A DNA stretch of 32,000 nt, from assembly GCA_028700115.1 (NCBI GenBank), contig JAQVTI010000001.1:60001-92000 (forward strand). Reading direction: 5' to 3'. Below the pieces are notes generated by a model, which ran no database searches, was not told the origin of the DNA, and worked only from the letters and a program-made list of their open reading frames with translations. This document shows, in pieces, positions 8,258 through 16,671 of this stretch (the stretch's first letter is position 1; every line of letters begins with the position of its first letter). The stretch is from Candidatus Iainarchaeum sp. (GTDB lineage: Archaea; Iainarchaeota; Iainarchaeia; Iainarchaeales; CSSED10-239). The position numbers and the translations under genes were made by a program.

Positions 8258-9160
8258 TCAAATCTTTATTTTCTTTAATAATTTTAAAAATAAACCAAAT
8301 AAATTTAATTTATAATATTTTTTAGAAATAAAATTATCTACAAAAATATTTCTTAAAAATACATCGGGATGTATATAAATATTTAATATTCTATTATCTT
8401 GTTTTACACTATTAATAGTGTGAGTAGAATCAACCCCAAAACCAATATTTTTAACTAAATCATATTTAGGTTGAATAGATAAGCCATTATTTACCCAAAT
8501 ATTATATTGCCATATATAAGCCCAAGTATTAATTTTATTATTTTTTACAAGATTAAATATATATCTCCAATATAATCTATCTAATAATCTATTATTAATT
8601 AATTTAAAAAATTTATTTTTCTTAAATTCATTATAATTAGACATATTAATATCATATTTGTTCCAAGCTCTTCTCCAAGAAGCCCAACCCCAAATATGCG
8701 CATATTTTGAAAAAAAATAATCTGAATCAATATATTTTTTTCTAATTTTATCATTAATAAAGGTATTTCCTGAAAGAATCATTATTCTATCATCATCTTT
8801 ATATCTAACTAAAAGTTCTTTACAATATTTAAAAAAACTATTATTAGGTAAACAATCATCTTCTAAAATAATACCCATTTCTTCATTTTTAAAAAACCAA
8901 GTAATTGCAGAAGAAACTGCAAGTTTACAACCTAAGTTTTTTTTTCTATATAAAGTTTTAACTTTACAATCCCAATCTATTTTTGAAACAATTTTTTTAA
9001 CTTCATCATTTTTTTTAAGATCATCCAAATTATTTTCTCTAGGACCATCTGCAGCAATATAAAGTTTTTTAGGTTTCATACTTCTAATTTTTGCAAAAAC
9101 TTTCTTAGTTGTATCAGGTCTATTGAAAATTAAAAATAATATAGGAATATCATAACTCAT
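8258..9160 (-). CDS. GT-A fold glycosyltransferase of the HlpA-like (hemolytic protein HlpA-like) family
   Basis: ILFLIFNRPDTTKKVFAKIRSMKPKKLYIAADGPR, DWDCKV, NLGCKLAVSSAITWFF, ILEDDCLP and DDDRIMILSG match this family. The likely start is ATG 9160 (MSYDIP); the track start at 9169 is a GTG. Confidence 0.75.
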   Translation of the reverse strand: MSYDIPILFLIFNRPDTTKKVFAKIRSMKPKKLYIAADGPRENNLDDLKKNDEVKKIVSKIDWDCKVKTLYRKKNLGCKLAVSSAITWFFKNEEMGIILEDDCLPNNSFFKYCKELLVRYKDDDRIMILSGNTFINDKIRKKYIDSDYFFSKYAHIWGWASWRRAWNKYDINMSNYNEFKKNKFFKLINNRLLDRLYWRYIFNLVKNNKINTWAYIWQYNIWVNNGLSIQPKYDLVKNIGFGVDSTHTINSVKQDNRILNIYIHPDVFLRNIFVDNFISKKYYKLNLFGLFLKLLKKIKI

Positions 9161-9165
9161 AAAAA

Positions 9166-9660
9166 TCACTTAATAACTTTTGCTTTAACTCTTAATTCAA
9201 CAATAATATTTCCAAAAACTCTTTTTAAAGCATTCAAAATTACTTTTGGCAACCATTTAATAAATCTTTGAGGTACAGAAATTAATTCAATAATTTCAAA
9301 TTTTTCTTTTTGAATTATATGATTATAATTTACAAAACCCAAAGTTTGTAACATAGATTTTTCATTAAAAAAATTAACATGTGTAGGATCGGCATACGCA
9401 TAATATGAATTATAATAAGGCACAATTATTTCTACAACACCTTTATTTTTCGAAATTCTCCAAATTTCTTGCATTACTTTTTGAGGATTATTTAAATGTT
9501 CTAAAACATTATCAATTAAAACATAACTAAAAGTATCATCTTTAAATGGATAAGGATATTTTGAAAAATCAAAAGAATTATCTATATTTTTAGCTTTCTG
9601 AAAATCTACATTGACCCATCCTTTTTTAATATCTTTTCCACAACCAAAATTCAATTTCAC
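9166..9660 (-). CDS. Class I SAM-dependent methyltransferase (Methyltransf_11-like)
   Basis: MKLNFGCGKDIKKGWVNVD glycine-rich start, FSYVLIDNVLEHLNNPQKVMQEIWRISKNKGVVEIIVP. Confidence 0.7.
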   Translation of the reverse strand: MKLNFGCGKDIKKGWVNVDFQKAKNIDNSFDFSKYPYPFKDDTFSYVLIDNVLEHLNNPQKVMQEIWRISKNKGVVEIIVPYYNSYYAYADPTHVNFFNEKSMLQTLGFVNYNHIIQKEKFEIIELISVPQRFIKWLPKVILNALKRVFGNIIVELRVKAKVIK

Positions 9661-9666
9661 TAAAAA

Positions 9667-10779
9667 TCACTTACTTTCAAAAATATCAATTAATTTTTCT
9701 TCAGAATAATCTATTAAATAATTATTTAAGAAATATTTTCTAATATATTTAGATTTATTCTTATTCAACTGATTTAATTTAATATAATTAACAAAATCTT
9801 TATAATAACATTTATTAGATATATATCCAAGTTTATTTACAACTATATCTTTTATTGCACCATTATTATAACTTAAAACCGAACACCCACACATATATGC
9901 TTCTAAAATAACTAAAGGAAAACATTCTTTTTCATATTTAGTAGGAAATATTAAATAATTGGATTTTAATAAATAATCATACTTTTTAGATCCATAAATA
10001 GGACCTAAATAATTACAATTTTTTAATTTTAATTTATTTTTTGTAAAATTCCATTTTTCTTTAAATTCATCTGAACTCCAAGCCCCAATAAAATCACAAG
10101 TATATTTTATTTTATTTTTTTCAAGTTCTTTTAAAAAATATAAAACATCTAAAGGACCCTTAGATTTAATCATATTTGATAAATATACAAATTTAATTTG
10201 TTTAGAATCAAATTTATATTTTAAAAATTTATTAAATTTAAATTCACTTATTTCATCTTTAATTCCATTTGGAAGATAAAAAACTTGTTTTTTACTAATA
10301 ACCTTACTAAAACTAGAATATAATAAAGGAGATAATAAAATTACTTTTGTTTTTTTAAATACTTTTTTATAATATTTCTCTAAAGATTTATGTTCAGATA
10401 AATAAAAATTTAATCCTTTGGCATGAAAATGTATAAAAATATCTTTTCTAAATAATTTAGCTAACCAAACATAAATAGAGTCTCTTAAAAAAGCACTTCC
10501 AAAAGGAGCCATTTCCAAATATACTTTATTTGGTCTAAATATAACTAATTTATATAATAATTTAAAAAAAACTCTAAAAACATTAAAAATAGATTTAAAA
10601 TTAAATTTACCTATATCTTTTATATTTGAATAATTATTTAATTTAATATAATTAATATTATATTTTTTATTTATTAATTTACTATTTAAGTAAATATCAT
10701 TCATCTTTGCAGCTCCATGAACAGGAGGTGCAAGTCTTACTAAATATAATATTTTTTTCTTTTTTACCAAATATATCAC
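9667..10779 (-). CDS. Glycosyltransferase family 4 (GT-B fold)
   Basis: N-terminal KILYLVRLAPPVHGAAK and C-terminal FPTKYEKECFPLVILEAYMCGCSVLS (E-x7-E-like region). There is no ATG near the conserved N-terminus. The GTG at 10779 forms a GTGA overlap with the upstream stop. Confidence 0.75.
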   Translation of the reverse strand: MIYLVKKKKILYLVRLAPPVHGAAKMNDIYLNSKLINKKYNINYIKLNNYSNIKDIGKFNFKSIFNVFRVFFKLLYKLVIFRPNKVYLEMAPFGSAFLRDSIYVWLAKLFRKDIFIHFHAKGLNFYLSEHKSLEKYYKKVFKKTKVILLSPLLYSSFSKVISKKQVFYLPNGIKDEISEFKFNKFLKYKFDSKQIKFVYLSNMIKSKGPLDVLYFLKELEKNKIKYTCDFIGAWSSDEFKEKWNFTKNKLKLKNCNYLGPIYGSKKYDYLLKSNYLIFPTKYEKECFPLVILEAYMCGCSVLSYNNGAIKDIVVNKLGYISNKCYYKDFVNYIKLNQLNKNKSKYIRKYFLNNYLIDYSEEKLIDIFESK

Positions 10780-11495
10780 TTAAAATCTTTTAATTTTAAA
10801 GAAAATATAAAAATAAATCCTTTAATACTATTTATTACTTTTTTAAAAGAATGTTTAAAATCAGTAACTAATCTATAAAACCACTCAAAACCAATCTTTT
10901 GTATAAATTTAGGTGCATGTTTCTTTTTATTTGAAATAAAATCAAAACCAGCACCTACATTAAATATGAATTTAACTTTAACAATATTAAATAAATCATT
11001 TGCTAAGATTTCTTGTTTAGGATTACCAATACCAATCCAAAGGTAGTCACATTTTGAAGCATTTATCTTTTTAGACATTTTTGATATTTCATTTTTATTA
11101 AATTTAATTGTATCTTTAATAAATGGAGGATTATAATAAGATATATTTTTTATAAGTATATTAAATTTCTTAGAAATTAAAGAAACTTCTTTTTCACCTA
11201 AATTACCTAGTAAAAAATGCTTTTTCTTTTTAAAATAATTATCAGATAAAATTTGTTCAAAAAAATAAGGACCTTGTATTCTTTTAACTTTTTTAAAATT
11301 AATAATAGATAAATAAGCAGATATTGGAAATCCATCTATAAAATTAAAATTATTTTTATTATTTATAGAATTATAAAATAATTTATTTGTATTATATAAA
11401 TATAAACTATACATATTTAAAAAATTAAAAATTACTTTTTTATCTTTTTTAATATATTTTTTTAAATAATTTATATTTGATCTATAAAACAACAT
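10776..11495 (-). CDS. WecB/TagA/CpsF family glycosyltransferase (GT26)
   Basis: FNFLNMYSL, IDGFPI, KRIQGPYFF, WIGIGNPKQE, NVGAGFDF, HAPKFIQKIGFEWFYRL follow the GT26 consensus order. Confidence 0.8.
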   Translation of the reverse strand: MLFYRSNINYLKKYIKKDKKVIFNFLNMYSLYLYNTNKLFYNSINNKNNFNFIDGFPISAYLSIINFKKVKRIQGPYFFEQILSDNYFKKKKHFLLGNLGEKEVSLISKKFNILIKNISYYNPPFIKDTIKFNKNEISKMSKKINASKCDYLWIGIGNPKQEILANDLFNIVKVKFIFNVGAGFDFISNKKKHAPKFIQKIGFEWFYRLVTDFKHSFKKVINSIKGFIFIFSLKLKDFK

Positions 11496-11499
11496 ATAA

Positions 11500-12984
11500 T
11501 CATTTTTTTCTAAATTTATTTATAATTGGATTTATTAAAAATAAAATTTCTTTTATTCTAATATACTTGAAAAGGAAAATACATATAAAGTATATTAATC
11601 CTCCAATAACAGCATATCCTAAAACATTAAGTGAATTTTGTAAAAAAATTATATTAAGAATATCTTTTATTAAAAATATACCTAAAAGCATAATAATTCC
11701 AGAAACAAAAGGAACTATTAAATTTCTAAAGAAATTTGTTTGTTTTAAAATATCTTTTCTAAATTTATAATAAACACCTATAAAAATAATAACTTCTGAA
11801 ATAATTGTTGTAATTCCTGCACCTATAATCCCAAATAAAGGAATTGCAATAAAATTTAATAAAACATTTACAATTGATGCAATTAAAACCATCTTAAATT
11901 GGTATCTTTGATAATCATAAACATTTAATGAATTATTAAATATTTGATTAATTGCATTAAATAAGAAAAACAACATAATTAATTTAAATGCAATATTTCC
12001 TAAAACAAAATCTTTTCCAAAAACTAATAAAATTATTTCTTTTGATAAAAATATAGATCCAAAACATAAAGGTACTGCTAAAGTTAAAACTACTTTTGTA
12101 AATTTATTAAAAATATCTTTAAATTGCTTTTTTGATTTTGTAGCAATTGAAAGTTGTGGAAAAAAAGTTGTGGAAAAAATTGCAATTACTCCAATCATAA
12201 ATCCATAAAATGAATAACCTATAGAATAAAGTCCTACTTGATAATCATTTATAAAAAGAGAAATCATAAATCTATCAAAATTAAAATAAATTAAACCAAA
12301 AAGTCCAGAAAGTGCAAATGGCCAAAATATCTTAGATTTTTCTTTAATAAAATTAACATCTAATTTTGGTTTAAATTTAATTCTATTTTTAAAAAACTTC
12401 ACAAAATTATATAATATAAATATTAATCCTAATATAGAACCTAAAACATAAGATAAAGAAACTCCTAATACACCTTTATTTAAATAAATAACAAATAATA
12501 ATCCTATAACTATGCCTAATTTCAAAATAATTTCTCTTATTGATTCGTATTTCATCTTCTCAAAAGCATTTAAAAAATTTCCAAAATAACCAGAAAATGA
12601 TTGAATCATATTAAAAAAAATAAAAACTATAATTAATGCTTTTACAATGAAAGGTTTATTTAAAAATAAAGAAACTAAATAAACTATTATTCCAAATAAA
12701 AATATACAAATTAGTTTTAAATAGAAAAAATTATTAAAATATAAATTTAATAACTTTTTATTTTTAGAAACATCTCTAAAAATAAGAACTCCTAAACCTA
12801 TATTTGCAATTATAGAAAATATTCCAACAAAAGAAAGTGCAAAATTTAACTGACCATATCCAGTTACACCTAAATATCTAGGAATTAATGTAATTGTTAC
12901 AATAGATAATAAATATACAAATATTTTTGAAAAAGTAAGCCAACCTATGTTTTTGGCAATAGTTTTCTTATCTTCTATTTCCAT
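11500..12984 (-). CDS. Wzx-type oligosaccharide flippase (MOP superfamily, polysaccharide biosynthesis protein)
   Basis: 494 aa and hydrophobic throughout (about 12-14 helices). The N-terminus KNIGWLTFSKIFVYLLSIVTITLIPRYLGVTGYGQ is typical of Wzx/RfbX proteins. Confidence 0.75.
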   Translation of the reverse strand: MEIEDKKTIAKNIGWLTFSKIFVYLLSIVTITLIPRYLGVTGYGQLNFALSFVGIFSIIANIGLGVLIFRDVSKNKKLLNLYFNNFFYLKLICIFLFGIIVYLVSLFLNKPFIVKALIIVFIFFNMIQSFSGYFGNFLNAFEKMKYESIREIILKLGIVIGLLFVIYLNKGVLGVSLSYVLGSILGLIFILYNFVKFFKNRIKFKPKLDVNFIKEKSKIFWPFALSGLFGLIYFNFDRFMISLFINDYQVGLYSIGYSFYGFMIGVIAIFSTTFFPQLSIATKSKKQFKDIFNKFTKVVLTLAVPLCFGSIFLSKEIILLVFGKDFVLGNIAFKLIMLFFLFNAINQIFNNSLNVYDYQRYQFKMVLIASIVNVLLNFIAIPLFGIIGAGITTIISEVIIFIGVYYKFRKDILKQTNFFRNLIVPFVSGIIMLLGIFLIKDILNIIFLQNSLNVLGYAVIGGLIYFICIFLFKYIRIKEILFLINPIINKFRKK

Positions 12985-13028
12985 AATAATAAATTAGATA
13001 TATAAATATATTTAAACTATATTATTTT

Positions 13029-14471
13029 ATGAATTACAAAAATATACTTTCATTTATTGAGAAAAATAAACTTACAATAATTCTAATTATTATAGGTATT
13101 CTCTCTATTATATATGCATTAATACAATATATGCCATACTGGGATGAAGGAGTATACACTAGTAATGGAAAATATATATTCTCAAACACAGAAAAGTTAA
13201 CATATGAATACCAAAGACCACCTGTTATGAGTCTAATAATAGGTTTTTTCTGGAAAATTAGTTTAAATGAATTTATATTTTCTAAACTTACTTTAATTAT
13301 TATATTTTTACTAGGACTTTTTGCTTTATATAAAATAGCAGAAGATATAAAAAAAGGCTCAGGAGTAATTACAACTTTACTTTTTGCATCATGTGCTACA
13401 ATTTCCTTTTACACAAATAGATTGCTTACAAGTATTCCTGGAACTTCTCTTGCAATCATAGGATATTATCTATATACTAAAAAGAAATATTATCAATCTG
13501 GTTTGTTATTTGCCCTAGGTTTCTTATTTAGATATACTTCTCCTTTAATGTTTATTGTAATTGGTATATTTTTAGTAATTGAATTAATTAAATATCATAA
13601 AAGAAAAAATATTTTTAATATTTTAAAATATGGTTTAGGTTTTGCAACTTTAGTTTTTCCTTTTATGTTAATCAATGCATTTACTTTAGATTTAAATCAT
13701 TCTTTTATTAAAAAAATGATAGTGCCTTTTTTAGATGCATCTAACATGGTTGCTGCAAATTCTTTTGATTTAGTAAACTCTGGATTAGTATACTATATAA
13801 AGTTCTTATTTACTCAAAATCTATTTATTGTATTTTTTATAATTTTTATAGTATTTTTATTTATAAAAAAAGAATTTAGAACAAATAAAATAATTATACC
13901 ATTTATTACTTCTTTAGTTTATTTATTATATCTTTCAAGCATAGTACACTATGAACCTAGATATTTTATTGTAGCTCTTCCTTATTTTGCAATAATTTCA
14001 GGATTTGTAATAACTTATTTTTTAAAAAATATAAAAATAAGAAGAATTTTAGAAATTGTTTTAATAGTTTTAACAGTTATTGTTTTTATTGGATGCATGC
14101 AAGTCCAGATAAATATAAACTACGGAACTGAGTTTGAAAAAATTGAAAACTATTATTCATATGTTATAAACAATGATTCTGACTATAATGGAATTATAGG
14201 AATTGATAATCCTGTTTTTGGAGTATATAATAGTAATAATAATGTATTCTATCTTGCAGGTCCAGAATATGCAGAAAATAGACTAAATAAATACAGACCT
14301 GTTAAATATTTATTGTTTGAAGAAAGAAGCTTTGAATGTTGGAAAGAAAATGATACAGTTTGTGAAAAACAAGTAGAAAGCTTTAATAGTTTAATAGAAA
14401 AAGAATATGATTTAGTTTATACATCAAATTTCCAAGGAACAGATCATTTCATATACAAACTAAAAGAATAA
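13029..14471 (+). CDS. GT-C fold integral membrane glycosyltransferase (ArnT/PMT family-39-like)
   Basis: 480 aa and polytopic. The acidic motif YWDEGVY lies right after the first helix, like the loop-1 DE motif of PMT/ArnT enzymes. The C-terminal region of about 110 aa is soluble. Confidence 0.55.
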   Translation: MNYKNILSFIEKNKLTIILIIIGILSIIYALIQYMPYWDEGVYTSNGKYIFSNTEKLTYEYQRPPVMSLIIGFFWKISLNEFIFSKLTLIIIFLLGLFALYKIAEDIKKGSGVITTLLFASCATISFYTNRLLTSIPGTSLAIIGYYLYTKKKYYQSGLLFALGFLFRYTSPLMFIVIGIFLVIELIKYHKRKNIFNILKYGLGFATLVFPFMLINAFTLDLNHSFIKKMIVPFLDASNMVAANSFDLVNSGLVYYIKFLFTQNLFIVFFIIFIVFLFIKKEFRTNKIIIPFITSLVYLLYLSSIVHYEPRYFIVALPYFAIISGFVITYFLKNIKIRRILEIVLIVLTVIVFIGCMQVQININYGTEFEKIENYYSYVINNDSDYNGIIGIDNPVFGVYNSNNNVFYLAGPEYAENRLNKYRPVKYLLFEERSFECWKENDTVCEKQVESFNSLIEKEYDLVYTSNFQGTDHFIYKLKE

Positions 14472-14474
14472 GAT

Positions 14475-15218
14475 TTATTTTTTATAAATCTTATATTTCT
14501 TAATACCCCATTTTGTTAAAAGGTATTTAATTAATTCACCAAATATAGAAAATCCATATTGAAATGATGATTTTAGATCAATTGAAGATGCATCATCAAA
14601 ATATCTTGTCTCAACTGGAATTTCTCTTATTCTAAATCTTTTTGAAATTACTTGAATTATAATTTGTGTATCAAAAACAAAATTATTTGAGTTTTTTTCA
14701 TATGGAATAGATTCAAGTAATTCTTTTGACCAAGATCTATATCCTGTATGAAATTCACTTAAGTTACTTCTTAAAACTAGATTTTCTATAAAAGTTAAAA
14801 TTCTATTTCCTATATATTTATACTTAGGCATTCCACCTTTTATAGGATCTCTTGCATATAAAAATCTAGATGCAAAAACTGCACTTGCAGTTCCGTTTGC
14901 AATTGGAGAAATCATATCTTCTAAAATTCTAGGATCATACTGATAATCTGGATGAACCATAACTACAATATCAGCACCTCTTTTTAGGGCTTCTTTATAA
15001 CAAGTCTTTTGATTCCCACCATAACCTGTGTTTTTTTTATGAATTATAGTTGTAAGTTTAAGTTTTCTTGCAAGTTTAGCGGTTCCATCTTTAGAACAGT
15101 CATCAACTAATATCATTTCATCTACAAACTTTTTAGGAATATCTTTTACTGTTTGTTCAAGTGTTTTTTCTGCATTGTATGCTGGAAAAACTACTGCAAC
15201 TTTTTTACCTTTATACAT
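14475..15218 (-). CDS. GT2 polyprenyl/dolichyl-phosphate hexosyltransferase (GtrB/DPM1/ArnC-like)
   Basis: VAVVFPAYNAEKTLEQTV, ILVDDCSKDGT, VVMVHPDYQYDP and FHTGYRSW. 247 aa with no C-terminal TM helices. Confidence 0.8.
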   Translation of the reverse strand: MYKGKKVAVVFPAYNAEKTLEQTVKDIPKKFVDEMILVDDCSKDGTAKLARKLKLTTIIHKKNTGYGGNQKTCYKEALKRGADIVVMVHPDYQYDPRILEDMISPIANGTASAVFASRFLYARDPIKGGMPKYKYIGNRILTFIENLVLRSNLSEFHTGYRSWSKELLESIPYEKNSNNFVFDTQIIIQVISKRFRIREIPVETRYFDDASSIDLKSSFQYGFSIFGELIKYLLTKWGIKKYKIYKK

Positions 15219-15301
15219 ATTACATCATTTTTTAAAAACATTTATTAATTAGTAAATATAATATTTATTAGTAAACAAATATAAAACAAACGGAAAGAAA
15301 A

Positions 15302-15742
15302 ATGAAACAAAACATATTAGATAAAATATTTGATATTTTAGAAAAGCATTTCAAATTTTTTAAACATTTTAGAAAAATTGGAAAATATTTATTTTTTTCT
15401 GTAATTGCAACTCTAGTTGATATTGTTTGTTTGTATATATTTACTGAGTTTCTAAATGTATTCTATTTAGTTTCAGCAAGTTTATCTTATTGTGTAGGTA
15501 TGGTTATTGCCTTTTTTGGAAATAAGAAATATACTTTTGAAAATAAAACTGATAAGAAAAACATAACTAAATTTATTGAGTTTACTATAATTTCTTTAAT
15601 TGGTTTAGTACTAAATATTATTTTAATTAAAATATTTACAGAAAATCTAGGTTTATGGTATATCTTATCAAAAATAATTACAGTTGTAATTATATTCTTT
15701 GCAAAATATATTGCACATAAAAAAATAGTTTTTAGAAATTAA
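15302..15742 (+). CDS. GtrA-family small membrane protein
   Basis: 146 aa with four hydrophobic helices. YLFFSVIATLVDIVCLYIFTE... and the C-terminal FFAKYIAHKKIVF are typical of the GtrA family. Confidence 0.75.
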   Translation: MKQNILDKIFDILEKHFKFFKHFRKIGKYLFFSVIATLVDIVCLYIFTEFLNVFYLVSASLSYCVGMVIAFFGNKKYTFENKTDKKNITKFIEFTIISLIGLVLNIILIKIFTENLGLWYILSKIITVVIIFFAKYIAHKKIVFRN

Positions 15743-15743
15743 A

Positions 15744-15887
15744 TTATTTTAAATTAAAAACGACTCCTAAAAATCCAATTACCCCAAATAAAGCAGCAAC
15801 CCATCCATATAAATAAAATGGATTTGCTAATATATAAATTGCTATAAATAAAAAAACTATACTAATTAATAAACTTTTAATATCCAC
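15744..15887 (-). CDS. Putative 47-aa two-helix membrane peptide (not in the ORF track)
   Basis: Hand translation gives (GTG)MDIKSLLISIVFLFIAIYILANPFYLYGWVAALFGVIGFLGVVFNLK*. The GTG starts 1 nt after the upstream TAG, and GGGAG lies 8 nt upstream. No homology is recognised. Confidence 0.3.
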   Translation of the reverse strand: MDIKSLLISIVFLFIAIYILANPFYLYGWVAALFGVIGFLGVVFNLK

Positions 15888-15888
15888 A

Positions 15889-16452
15889 CTAATCACTCCC
15901 ACTTAAATATTTTTTATTAATATAATCTTCAAAATCATTAATTCCCATTATATCAATATCTCTAAATGGAAGATTATAATTAGAATAATATTTTTTATAA
16001 ATATCTTCACAAGTAAAAAAATCAGCTAAATTATCAGTAAATATAATATTTACAAATTTATTAGAATCTTTTTCATTTTGTTCTAAAAAATAAATTATCA
16101 TATCATCAAAATCAAATCCTTCTCTTTCTAATTCATACTATTCTAAAATTATATTTTTTTGAAGAGCATTTAATTTTGAAAATTCTAAGAAATCATCTGA
16201 AAAATAACACTTAAATTCTTTTTCATCAAAATACAAATTATACTTATTTATTATAAATTTAATTTCATTAAAAATTTTATCATTAACTTTAAATAATAAT
16301 TTATCGAAACCAGATATAGTTGAAAAAATATTTTTTATTTTTTCCATTTTTATAAATTCATTATTTAAAGGAGTCATTCCTGAATCAGACTGATAATTAA
16401 AAATCCATATATTAGTATCTACTAAAACAATATCTTTTCTATCTACAGTCAT
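15889..16452 (-). pseudogene. PIN-domain nuclease gene interrupted by a single in-frame TAG (ORFs 16138..16452 and 15889..16101 share one frame)
   Basis: The N-terminal ORF has IVLVDTNIWIF, which is PIN strand 1 with the first acidic residue. After the TAG at 16138-16140 the frame stays open (YELEREGFDFDD) into the second ORF. That ORF carries NIIFTDNLADFF, resembling the distal PIN acidic motif. Confidence 0.5.
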
Positions 16453-16671
16453 AATTAACTCCGAACTTATAATTAAAATATATTTAATAAATATAATTAT
16501 GTATAGTAAACTTTAAAAGTATATCTTATAGTATATAAAGTTAAGGATATATTTCAAATAATAATAACTTATATATATAACTTTCTATTTAAAAAAAATA
16601 AATACAAACATTTATAAACAATATAATACATAATTATTATACTAAATTATAATAAAAAAATTTGATTTTTT

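Noticed and set aside
11477-11770. 97-aa + strand ORF overlapping the end of the flippase gene
   Set aside because: It is a shadow ORF on the opposite strand of the 494-aa Wzx-type gene. Its composition is a mirror of a hydrophobic membrane protein, and it has no independent support.
16138-16140. Possibility that TAG is reassigned (pyrrolysine or a sense codon) in this organism
   Set aside because: TAG terminates rubrerythrin at the position where the family normally ends, and it also ends 15889..16101 and 21775..22227. No Pyl genes are seen in the window. A single interrupted PIN gene is better explained by a nonsense mutation or an error.
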